Source: Phoronis australis
Lineage: Eukaryota > Animalia > Phoronida
NCBI GenBank assembly: GCA_002633005.1
Contig: NMRA01000123.1
Coordinates: 228,621 to 270,418 of the forward strand
Length of the DNA stretch: 41,798 bases
Reading direction: 5' to 3'
The notes under the pieces are model-generated. The model was given only the letters and a program-made list of their open reading frames with translations, searched no databases and had not been told where the DNA came from. Numbering within the stretch: the stretch's first letter is position 1; each line of letters opens with the position of its first letter. The position numbers and the translations under genes were made by a program. This document shows positions 24,733-34,998 of this stretch, one piece after another.

Positions 24733-25071
24733 TACAGAGGTGATGTCGCTTACAACGGGCTGGGGATTGCCGTCGCGAACGCTCACAATGTCCACGTCTT
24801 CAAAGAGAATTACTAGGACTTTACGGTGCGTGGTTCGTTACTGTAGGCCTCAGGTCATCATTATTTAACTCTATTTTATCTTATTTATTTATTAGTTTTA
24901 CTAAATTTATACTAATTTACTTTATTTATTTCAATCTATTATAGTTGTACATCATGATAGCTGTCTGTATTTTACTAATTATTTCTGACTGGGCCCACTT
25001 GAAAATCAGTATACACTGAAGTGGTCACCCAGTCTTTTAAAGAAGTTTAAATAAATTATATAATAAATAAA
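24733..25071 (+). mobile_element. 5'-truncated L2/CR1-group LINE 3' end, copy A
   Basis: YRGDVAYNGLGIAVANAHNVHVFKENY* (ORF2 C-terminus), AT-rich 3'UTR, terminal GGGCCCACTTGAAAATCAGT..ACTGAAGTGGTCACCCAG stem-loop and AATAA-type tail. Confidence 0.75.
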
Positions 25072-26254
25072 TATGTGTAATTAAACCTGAAAGCGGATTA
25101 TTTAGTGCCGCACCGATCATCTTGCGGTCTCCAGCAGTAACTTGCAGTGAACACCTGAGCTAACTTAGCTGTTTTGAGCGCTGTAAATTACTAAGCACTT
25201 TTGAAATTATTACCTGGCTGTGGACCTGGTCCCAACTCTCCACGTGGGTGCAACCGTTGTGGGGGTACACCGATTAATCCACCGAGCACATTCTTGTAAA
25301 AAAATGTATGTCAAATTGAACTGAGAAAGTCAGATACCCGCAATTTTTTCCATTTCAATTTCTATCGCATACTATTAGTAGCAGAAACTCCATCATTGAC
25401 TATCTGAATAGAAAATGCCACAAAGTTGGCAGTCGGTAGACCTGCGCCGGGACTGAGCTGGCTCAGGGTCGATGCTATCAAGTTTTGGTGTATTTTGTAA
25501 CTCGCTGTTCACAAGTGGTGCTCGTGAGAAGGTCTCTTATTACCATCTGAATGAATAGCTCAATAAGCACAGTTCGGAAAGGTGTTCATCAACATGAAAA
25601 ATGGTCAGGACGCTTAGTGCCCACTGGTCCGAGGTCACTTTACGCCATTCTTGGCTATTCACTAGTCGTGGAATAAGTGTTCCACGTGACCTGAATTCAT
25701 GCGGATTTTCGCAGAACTGCTTAGTCTCCTGCACAGACCCTCGAGGTTGGTTGGCAAGCAATCCGTGACGTCGGCTTGTGAGGCCCGGGAACCAGGTTAA
25801 GAACTGCTCTCGCTGGTTCCCTGCGTGCCGCTAGATGGGGCGGTAGCCGCGCCAGCACGCAGGTATCACTTAAATTTAGTCTGTAAATTTTTTTACACCG
25901 GCGTTTCTGATTGGCTAGTCGAATTCTCAACACTAGGCAGCGCTTTGTGCAAACAAACTGGCATGACTGATGGACTGAAGTGTAAATGTGGTCTGTTGTA
26001 CAGGCAAATCGGTGCTTAAAATTATGTTCAGGAAATGTGAAGCCTAGAAATTGTAATATTGAGCCTTTTCGGAATACATCTTTCTACTGTCGTTGACNTA
26101 CCATCTGAATGTGAATAGCTCAATAAGCACAGTTCGGAAAGGTGTTCATCAACATGAAAAATGGTCAGGACGCTTAGTGCCCACTGGTCCGAGGTGAAGA
26201 ACTGCTGTGACTGTTGCTACAGCGCCACCATGCGTGAAATTATGGTGCGACCAA

Positions 26255-26622
26255 GTTTATTAAAAGACAGGGTGACCACTTCAGCGAATACACTAATTTT
26301 CAAGTGGGCCCAGTCGGAAATAATTACATGAAGTAAAATACAGACAGCTATGTACAATTAGATTGAAAAGATAATGAATAAAATAAATTAGTATAAAATT
26401 AGTTGATATATACAATTTGATGAATAAATAACATAAAATAGAGTAAAATAGTGATGAGCTGAGGCCTACAGTAACGAACAACGCACAAAGTCCCAGTACT
26501 TCTGTTTGAAGACGTGGACATTGGGTGCTTTAGTGACTGCAATTCCCAGCCCGTTGTAAGCGACAGCACCTCTGTAGGCAAAAGTTCTTTTGCCACAGTT
26601 GTTTTTAGGTTTAACTGGTACC
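26255..26622 (-). mobile_element. 5'-truncated L2/CR1-group LINE 3' end, copy B (inverted relative to copy A)
   Basis: PVKPKNNCGKRTFAYRGAVAYNGLGIAVTKAPNVHVFKQKY; reverse complement aligns with 24733-25048. Confidence 0.78.
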
Positions 26623-27857
26623 AGGCAGCCAGGCAGAAACACTCGATCTAGTATTGTAATTGTGAGAATCTCTGACTGGCCTTGAATTTAGTAGTAAGGT
26701 AATTAGGTGTGAGGCTATGTGTGGCTTTGTATACCATGAAGTTTAAATGAAAGGCACGCCTGCCGACCACTAGGCTGCACCAATAAAGTTTATCTAGGAG
26801 ATCAGAATTAGGAAAGCCAAGTCGATCGTGTCAGTGTCTCATTATTAACAGTGGTTCCTAGTTATTAAAGAGTAATTTTCAAAGTTCAGTTGCTTGAAAT
26901 GCACCAGCAACTGAACCTCACTGAAACGGTAATCCAATAGGGATGTTTTTTATAACTATCCCGGCTGAAAATTTACTAAACTAGTGGCCCGAATATGATA
27001 TCAAAGATGAGAACCGCATCGCAGAGATGACTCTCTTTGAAGGTCCATCACAATACTTGTCGAACCATTTTAATAGTAATCAAATGACAGGCATCATCTT
27101 ATCACAAGCTAGCCCTTAAATGACTGGTAGCCAACAATCTGCGTCAACCGTTTGATCAAAAATCGATTGGCACAGAAATTCTTTTGGAAAACTAAGCCAC
27201 GTAATCGAACACCCCTCCATTCCAACAATGGACTGTTGCCGGCCCATTCCCACCCGTAACTCCTTCTACAAAGCACCAACAAATTTCGCAACGTCGTTTT
27301 GCCAAAACCTGGCGGAGATGGAATTTCTGGATCGTTTTTATAGAAAAACAACGCGCTAGCTATTAGTTAACGATGGACGGGTGGAAGCTGCCCCAATTGT
27401 TCTTGGGGCTGCATAAGAGCCTAAATGATGCTTAGTGTTTTCTCAAAGCAACCGCAATGATTTGGAACGTGAACGAGTACAGAGAATGAGAACATATATA
27501 TGTATATGTATATTTATATTTGTAAAGAAACTACACAGTGTTTACATACTTGAACAGAATTATACACTGTTGTTGACTACCTAGAAATTTATGCACCTGA
27601 CGCCTTTCGTGACTTCTGCAATTTAAGATAGACCTACAGCGTTAGTGAAAAGTTTCAAAACCGATTACATAATATTATGAGCATAGATTATACGGCACTG
27701 AGTGCACAGTAAAAAGTAAATGCCTACATACATCTTAAACACACTAAAGTTGCTGAACTTGAATGTCCTTGCCAAAAGTTATTGAAACCACAGGTGTTTT
27801 ACATGTTTGATCCAGATGCATGTATGTGTGAACGGACATTCTTTATCCTTCTCGTCT

Positions 27858-27886
27858 TTATACGCAGACAATGTTGCCCTTGTGAC
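27858..27886 (-). CDS. SBP3-like gene last coding exon (29 nt to TAA)
   Basis: gtattttatag|GTCACAAGGGCAACATTGTCTGCGTATAA; (S)HKGNIVCV*. Phase fits and it supplies a likely partner Cys; short, so less certain. Confidence 0.7.
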
Positions 27887-30800
27887 CTATAAAATACAGA
27901 GAAAAAGCTATAATAGAGGCCTCGTCAAACTTGAATGTCAAATAAATTTTCCAGAAATAAGTGACAATGAGTACACGTAGGTGTGTCAGATAGACTTACA
28001 TGGGTCTATGTCGGAGCTACTCCCTAAAAAGTAACAAGGAGTGCTATTCTGGTTCAATTATTATGCATGAGCTGGCATCTCATTGAAAAGTTTGAGACTA
28101 CAAGAACTTGCCGTGTGCAGATATTCACTAGAAATCAATACTCGTATAATCCTCTTAATTATAAACATTTGGTGGAAAGCCGTGACTTATTTTTTGAGAC
28201 GTTCCTTGGAATCCATAATGGGCGATCACAGCCAGAAACATAGTCAGCTTGAACATCACCTCACACCGCACTAATCCGCCGCGACTGTCAACCCTTACGA
28301 ACTCAAACTAGTGTGAAACAAGAAACGACGTAGTGCTTGATCTCCTCAAGCTTAAAGAAATTATTTACAATCTGACTTGGGAGGCAGTAGCGTGCAGAAA
28401 GGTGGCGGGGGGTGGGGGCGCAGCAACAGCCCCAGGCATCCAGATCAGGGAGGTATCCAATTGCTATAAATACTTTTTTGAAATTGCGACTGATTTATAA
28501 TTGAATTGAACAAAGTTTCTATTTTATGTTTCTTCTTTTTTACTTTTTTAGTACTAGGCTCTATGTAAAGAGTAGATGATCCTACGAAAGAATCGGCCCG
28601 GGCATGCTACTGCTGTAAGGAGGAAGGGGACACCGATTTTTTGATTGAAGCGGTACGTGGTGTAAATTTGTTTTTTGTCCGAGTGCAAGTACAGTGCAGA
28701 TTTGCATAGAGGGTTAGAGTAGACAACTTATCACACACAGTGCACTTTGAAGGAAAAGGTTTTCTTAATTAATGTGTTTAAGTCAATTCTGAACATTTGC
28801 ATCTTTCAGACGACTTTTGGTCGAGACTCAACGCTAAGTCGGAATTGACGGGGTAAATACGAAACAATCGGTAACAAGCACACAGCGGCCCCCATAATTG
28901 GTAGGTGGGAGGAACTAAATTAAATACTATAGCTGTTCCAACTACGAGTTAGGATTGCACTGCGGTACTATGGTATTTAAAATCATTTATGAATTCAATG
29001 AGAAGTTATCATTACAGGCTTCTCGGACGGTAAAACCTTCACTGGGGCCAGCAGAAATTTGGTCGTCACCAACGTCCTACCATGTATCTGGTATCATCAA
29101 TTTCACTCTGCTAGTCAATGATTATTCATGTACATACAGTGTAACCACTATTGCGCGACCCCTACCGTAAGTAATGAGAGACTGCAAACGGCGTCTCCAT
29201 GAAGTCTGTCTTTGACTGTAGTTGGGAAGTGGGGGCGTGTGATCATGTAATCAGGGGCCTGTTTTACCAAAAGGTCGCAAGGCTGGTCCTAGCTCAGATG
29301 GTGATAGGCACGTTAAAATTGCAAGGGCAATGGTGCACTTTTGCAGAAATCAAACAATACCAGATGGGACCATTGCCAAAAATTTTAAGATGCGACCGCC
29401 CCTAACTAAGACCAGGAGCATGAACTTTAGTAAAAGAGGCTCAGAACATTTTTTGCACGTACTGTGGTTGTCTTTTCCTGCGTCACATAGTTTCTTGAAC
29501 CGACCACTGGAAACCACTTTGTTGAATCCCTCGTTCCAGCGGGCTGTGAAATCGCTGTCCTTTCTGCTCATCATGGCGCTGCCACGGACCATGCACGATC
29601 CAGTATTTCCCACGCGCTTCAAGTCACCTTTGTCAACGTATTCCTTCAAGTCCCCAATCCCAACATAACCAGCATCGACCTAAAACAAGAGAAATGCTAA
29701 CTTTTCTTGATGTACTAGAGTCCCGAAATCGAAAAATGCACTTCCTTTTACACACCTGAAGTTAAGTTCATTTTAAAGTGTTTTTAAAGACGCCTTTCAG
29801 AGGATTTTTGTTACTCTAGATGTCATGTCTAGTACCACCAATAATTAATGTTTATTGAAATATGAAACTAATTTAATCTCTTAACGGTAGGAAACTCCTA
29901 GACTAGTTTTGCAGAACAGGGTCTGAGTAAAACACCGTACGTAGGCCTATAAGGATTCTCGAAGTGACGTAGACGAAAGTAAGTAATTAAAAGCCTAACC
30001 TTTCATAACACTCGGTAATTTATAACGTTGGTCCGCTTGGAGTGATGTTCAAAATAAAGTAGAAACCAAGGTTACATATGCTACCGTGCAGTGTGGGCGT
30101 TAAAGCAAAAACTGCATTGAAAGAATTACGGTACTAACATGATGACGTGGATTTGAAAATGAATTCTTGCTTCATGCAAAGCAATCGAAATGAATATCAT
30201 GAGCGGCACAGCACTGAAAAAGTGGGGGGGGGGGGCTAAAGACCCCAAAGCCCCCCTGTGGTGCATCGCCTATAGACAATGTGCAACGTAGAACTGAAAA
30301 ATGTGGGGGGCCGCCCATGAATATCAGCAAAATATTTCGAAATGGAAGAAAAAAGCTGCTTCTCGATGAAGACAGGCAACGTCCAAATGATCTTAAAATG
30401 ACTGGCATTATAATTAGTTATCTCTAGTTTTGGATTATTGCTATTTCTACAATTGTTAACGGTTTCCTGGACTGGGTTCCAAGAAAACAAATTTATCTTA
30501 CTACCGACGACAGAGAGGGCGGTGTAGGCGACCTTAAACACTTCAGTTGCATCGTTGACATGGGAAGTGCAAATTTTAATACTATTCTATTTGCTTTTTC
30601 TAATGTAGTATTCGTGAACGTTAAAGTATGTTCAAAGAGTGTCTGCTCTTAACACCATATCAAATTCTTTGTGTTCAGACAAATCTTTAATAGCCTTGTG
30701 TCAAACATTTACCGAACTGTGCTCTTTTGAAACCCACAAATCACCTCCAATTTGAGTAAGGAAAAATGTTTTGAACATTCTCGTGTTTTCAAGTTTTTAA

Positions 30801-33800
30801 CGGGCGTCCTTATAGCCGCGTTTTAACGTGGTTTTGTTTCATCCGTGCTGTAAAGGCCAAAATACAGAACAAAAGCAAGAGAATGTAACTATCCCAAACA
30901 AACATCAATCATCGCAGTAATTCGAGACAACCAGTTACCGTTCCATCTTTCAACCAGTTGTACAGTTGCGTGTATCCGCTGGCGTGCTTGATCTTTGCTG
31001 ACGGCAGGGTCTTGTTATACAATCGGAAGAGGCATTTCTCGTCGTAAGCCCAACCGTCGAGGAAGCCTGGGAAAACAATCTCTTAAAGTCTTAACTGGAC
31101 TGCTTTTTGTTGGGCAAAAAGGCGCTTGGAGAATTGGGTTTACTGCTTGTAGCTCTCACATTGCGCACACCCAATCTTGCGAAGCATAAATAGACTTTTT
31201 TGAGATGAGAAGCAAGGCGGATTTTTGTTCTACCTCCAATTGACATCCTATGGCGTCACGTTGCTATTAAATTTCTCGTTGCACGGCTCTGGGACTGAAT
31301 AACGCCTGAGATTTGCATTACCTCATAATATTATTTGGTTTTCTAAAAGCACAGTTAAAGACCCTGGGTTACGCCACAGTGTGACGACTTTGACTTGTTT
31401 TTTCTGCTAAGTTTGGAAACCCGCAAGTGGTCTATTGATATGTCATTTACTGGGACAGGAAACTGCACTGCACTTTGGTACATCCTCTACCAAGTAATGC
31501 ACAATCTGGCTGTTTCTCGGAAATGCCGGGAACTTCCGAATTGTGAGCTAAAAACTTTATCGCTGTTTTTCCTTCCACGCACATTTCAGTGTTCACCTCT
31601 TGTATCATTGCAAATCACATTGTACAACTTTAAAACGTTAGAGCGACGAATGTGAAAAAATGAAAACCGCATCAACAACAACCATAGATATCACAGTAAT
31701 AAGATGTTTATGATTCAAACTTATCAACGGATTCCGTTACTCTTCGGTAGTTTCCGGAACTTTAATTGTAACGTCATCTGACAGACATTTTTGTATTTTG
31801 AACCAGGTGCTAACAGTCAGACTAAACTATAGGTTAGAAAAAATGTTCAGTGCTCAAAATTGGATAATCGAATAAAAATTTTTAACTCAATAGTAGTAAA
31901 ATTTTGGCAAATTTGGACCGTTCTACTTACAAAATAAAACATTTTCAGAACTTTGATGGCAATTATATAGACCCATTTAACAGAATACCACTGTTTAAAA
32001 TACGTAAGTTTAAGGTTCGTAGGCCTACAGTTTCCGGAGTCCAATGGCCAGTATTACAGCAAAGTGGTGATCGTAGTATGCACTCTTATTAAATTCAAAC
32101 TAACCTATGGTGTACTTTTCGAAGTTCGTCTGGTCAACATTGGGTTTACCCGGCAGAATAACAAACTGGCTCTTATAGGGTTGCAGGTAGCTTGATGAGA
32201 ACTTGAAGATGGCCTGTCTGTTTACGGTGACGTACCAGCCGTTGCATGCGTCGTACCATCGGCCCATCAGCCCCTTTCCGCCATTAGGGTGTTGTCCCGC
32301 TTGCGAGTCGAAACAGTTGACGTAGGGTTCCCAGACTGTGCGACAGTCCATGCCTGCCGCTTCACACACTGAGCGATAAATGTAGAAAAGTCAATTAAAA
32401 TTAACAGTCAACAGATCAGCTTTTTTCTAGTATACTTTTGTGCAGGCCTTCAAGCCATCTGATTTAGTCCACCGATTTCCATTTCTTGGTCTCTTTACTT
32501 ACGTTATGGTGGTACAGTTCACTCAGAATTTTCCACATCTAAAATTAAATTGACCGTTATAGCTGCCTGAACAAAAATGCTCGTCGAAGTTAGAAAGAAA
32601 TGTTTATTTCCAATAATACGACAATCAGTTGTCGTCCTACGTGTAGATTACAAACAAAGTGTTATCATAGTATACAGTGTTAGGTACCTGCAATCACTTG
32701 ATCCAATTACTGCTTGTTATTTTGTAAGTCAATAAAGGTATGTTTAGAAGCTACAAATCTTTCATACCCAATTAATGCACAATTTTTTCCGGTCTTTGGC
32801 GAGGAACCTACCTTCCATAATTAGATCTTTAGAAAAACCAGAGAGGTATCCATTCTTGTCGCTGAAATAAAAAAAATCCAGAAGTTAAATTGTCCTTCGT
32901 CATTTATTGAAATGTGAACAAAAATACTAACTTAAATTAACTATAATCTATAAACTTACTTTTTGATTTTGACGCAATAAATTAGTCTCAGTTTGATTCT
33001 TACGCGGCAATCGAAGTGATTTTTGGGTCTGCCGGCAAAAGTGACACCTGGTTATTTCGAAAAATGACACGCCATGACATGTCAACATATGTAAAACCTG
33101 TTCTCAAGGACTGCCGAACTGTCAGTTATTTTCAAGCTTGACTAACGAACAACTCGAGATCAATTTCATAGTCAGTTTTCAAATACAGCGTTTGAGTCGC
33201 TCACGCAATATGTGTCTATGCTATTAATGCTTCGTAAACAAACTAGATTATTGTGCAGACTCGTGAAATATTGCTGACTTTTTTATGCTATGGGTTTCTG
33301 AACAAGAGGTCTGCAATAGTGACAGCATTTGGTTGACTCCACCTATGGATGGCGACTTCCGGTATCACACACCTATCAGAGTGCCCTACCAACTTTACTC
33401 AGCCGAACCGGCGAAGATGATCCAGTGCATCCATTGACGTTTCGCTGCCCATGAGTGAAACTTACATGTATTCATACGCGCCCCAGTTGTGGCCCAGAGC
33501 GATGGTGTAGACGCGGTTAGCACTACTACCACCGGCAGAACCGCCTCCCTGTCCGTAGCAATTGACAATCGCCGGTAATTGCTGACCCGAATTTCCCTGC
33601 GATCCTGTATTGGACTGGCCAAGGCCTGGCCTGCTCACAGCTACTGCAGCCAAGATGATGGCGACCACCGCCACTATAGCAACAACCACAACACCACCAA
33701 CAACTATTCTGTCATCTGTAAAGTATACGAATTCATTGTAGAAAAAGTCTTTTGCACTTTCACACAACATGTTGTAGTACTAGGTAGGATATCACAGTTA

Positions 33801-34418
33801 AAGGGAACGACTCAGTGCAAAGACATTTGTGGTGGCTTTCGTAATCATGTCGGCATAGGACAACAACCCTGGATACATGTACCTCCCATGACTGTGTATG
33901 GCTCACTATAGCCACTGCACTGGCGAAGTCAGTATTCAAGATCGGACACGAAATTGCTGTCCATCTGGGATTGATGGTAACGTGGGGGCCAAACGCAAAT
34001 TGAAACGAGTTTAGACCAGGAAGACTTTTTGCAATGAACAAGGGAGGTGGGTTACCATCTTGTTGTGCGGGCCCCCTCACCCGGTACCTGCTCCAATGAA
34101 GTATGCGATAGTCTAAATAACTGTCGCGCAGTGTCATGGTTGCAGTTTCAGCAAAAAGAGAGCTTGATTGGAAGGTGGGTTCATTGAATTTTACTGAAAG
34201 AATTTACCGCAGGACTGCCTGAAAGAATTTACCGCAGGACTGACTGCAGCAACGACAACAATTGATGCCTGCAAAACTTGTTTTTGTGTAACGCAGGAAA
34301 ACCATAAACAGTTTAGAACGAGTGTTTGCTTACCGAAGCTATACTTACTCATCTTGGTTTGGGGTTCTCCAACTAAGTCAGTCTTGCTTTGAGATCTCCC
34401 TACCTCGCTCAGTTCCAT
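27858..34418 (-). CDS. Type II membrane-anchored solute-binding protein family 3 (SBP_bac_3 / PBP2, HisJ/ArgT/ArtJ-like) domain protein, 335 aa; join(34418-34349,33715-33466,32861-32812,32368-32105,31066-30939,29679-29463,27886-27858)
   Basis: Hand-spliced 1008-nt CDS, six GT-AG introns in phases 1,2,1,1,0,1, no internal stop: MELSEVGRSQSKTDLVGEPQTKMNDRIVVGGVVVVAIVAVVAIILAAVAVSRPGLGQSNTGSQGNSGQQLPAIVNCYGQGGGSAGGSSANRVYTIALGHNWGAYEYIDKNGYLSGFSKDLIMEVCEAAGMDCRTVWEPYVNCFDSQAGQHPNGGKGLMGRWYDACNGWYVTVNRQAIFKFSSSYLQPYKSQFVILPGKPNVDQTNFEKYTIGFLDGWAYDEKCLFRLYNKTLPSAKIKHASGYTQLYNWLKDGTVDAGYVGIGDLKEYVDKGDLKRVGNTGSCMVRGSAMMSRKDSDFTARWNEGFNKVVSSGRFKKLCDAGKDNHSHKGNIVCV*. Motifs are collinear with polar amino-acid-binding proteins (E..D..G.L.GF..DL...C-x6-C; T..R...F.FS..Y; IG...G; L..G.VDA; RK.......N..F.....SG.F.KL). 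Confidence 0.88.
29463..29679 (-). CDS. SBP3-like gene exon 6
   Basis: gttttag|GTCGATGC ... AACCACA|gtacgt; VDAGYVG...MMSRKDSDF...SGRFKKLCD. Confidence 0.9.
30198..30319. repeat. G-run-containing short MITE family; related tandem copy at about 37673-37817
   Basis: Ends CATG(A/G)GCGGC / GCCGCCCATG, shared core AAAAAGTGGGGGGGGGGGGGCT...TGTGGTGC..CGCCTATAGAC.ATG at both loci. Confidence 0.7.
30939..31066 (-). CDS. SBP3-like gene exon 5
   Basis: ttttcccag|GCTTCCTC ... GGAACG|gtaact; (G)FLDGWAYDEKCLFRLYNKTLPSAKIKHASGYTQLYNWLKDGT. Not in the ORF track. Confidence 0.88.
32105..32368 (-). CDS. SBP3-like gene exon 4
   Basis: cgctcag|TGTGTGAA ... ACCATAG|gttagt; equals track ORF 32100..32369. Confidence 0.9.
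32812..32861 (-). CDS. SBP3-like gene exon 3 (50 nt)
   Basis: ttttatttcag|CGACAAG ... ATGGAAG|gtaggt; (I)DKNGYLSGFSKDLIME matches the G.L.GF..DL motif. Confidence 0.88.
33466..33715 (-). CDS. SBP3-like gene exon 2 (TM helix, Gly/Ser stalk, start of SBP domain)
   Basis: tttacag|ATGACAGA ... GAATACAT|gtaagt; hydrophobic run IVVGGVVVVAIVAVVAIILAAVAV. Confidence 0.9.
34194..34246. repeat. Tandem duplication, 25-bp period (CTGAAAGAATTTACCGCAGGACTG x2)
   Basis: Directly visible, in the first coding intron of the SBP3-like gene. Confidence 0.85.
34349..34418 (-). CDS. SBP3-like gene coding exon 1 (short cytoplasmic N-terminus); exon starts at 34425
   Basis: atttcag|gcactagATG ... AAGATGA|gtaagt; MELSEVGRSQSKTDLVGEPQTKM; phase 1 matches the next exon. 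Confidence 0.75.
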
Positions 34419-34955
34419 CTAGTGCCTGAAATATAACCGAATAGAAGAAGAATCACGGCACAGACAAAGAGTTCACCTAATATGGACAGTCAGAAATGCA
34501 AACATAGCCCATAACAGATAATGAAAGGTAGGTACAGTTGTATTCTGCTTGACCACCACTTATCATCGATACCCAGAGTGACAAATGAGTCGCAGACATT
34601 GACAAAATCTCAATTACTCCCCAGAAATACATCTTGCCACAAATATTTTCTTGAATTTTCGACCAAATGACTGTATGCTGTGGGGTACTAGTATAACAAT
34701 CCATTTAACAAAAGAAATGAACCTTTGGGTTTCAAGTTCATTTCGCAGCACCATCTTAGGACCGTCAGAAGATTGACCGTCTCATTTCCAACGATATACG
34801 GTTTCCATGTGCTCTAGGTGGCCCTTCTCAGTTGGAACGAAGATTTCAACCCCGTGGCTAGACAAGTTCCGAAAGACTTGCAGTGTGGACTGGAATCAAA
34901 TAGATGTTGGAATGCTGTGCAGTTACCGACGGATAAAAATATAAAATAGTACAAC

Positions 34956-34998
34956 TAGTAAAACTAAAACGACGAGCGTCGTCGTTTTAGTTTTACTA
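34956..34998. repeat. Perfect 20-bp-stem hairpin with 3-nt loop
   Basis: TAGTAAAACTAAAACGACGA-gcg-TCGTCGTTTTAGTTTTACTA. Confidence 0.9.

Noticed and set aside
27858-27872. C-terminal IVCV as a CaaX prenylation signal
   Set aside because: Cys is at -2 rather than -4 and the C-terminus is predicted extracellular; a disulfide is more plausible.
27858-34418. Bacterial contamination as the source of the SBP3-like gene
   Set aside because: The CDS is split by six spliceosomal introns, one containing a repeat also found elsewhere in the window; no ABC permease or ATPase neighbours.
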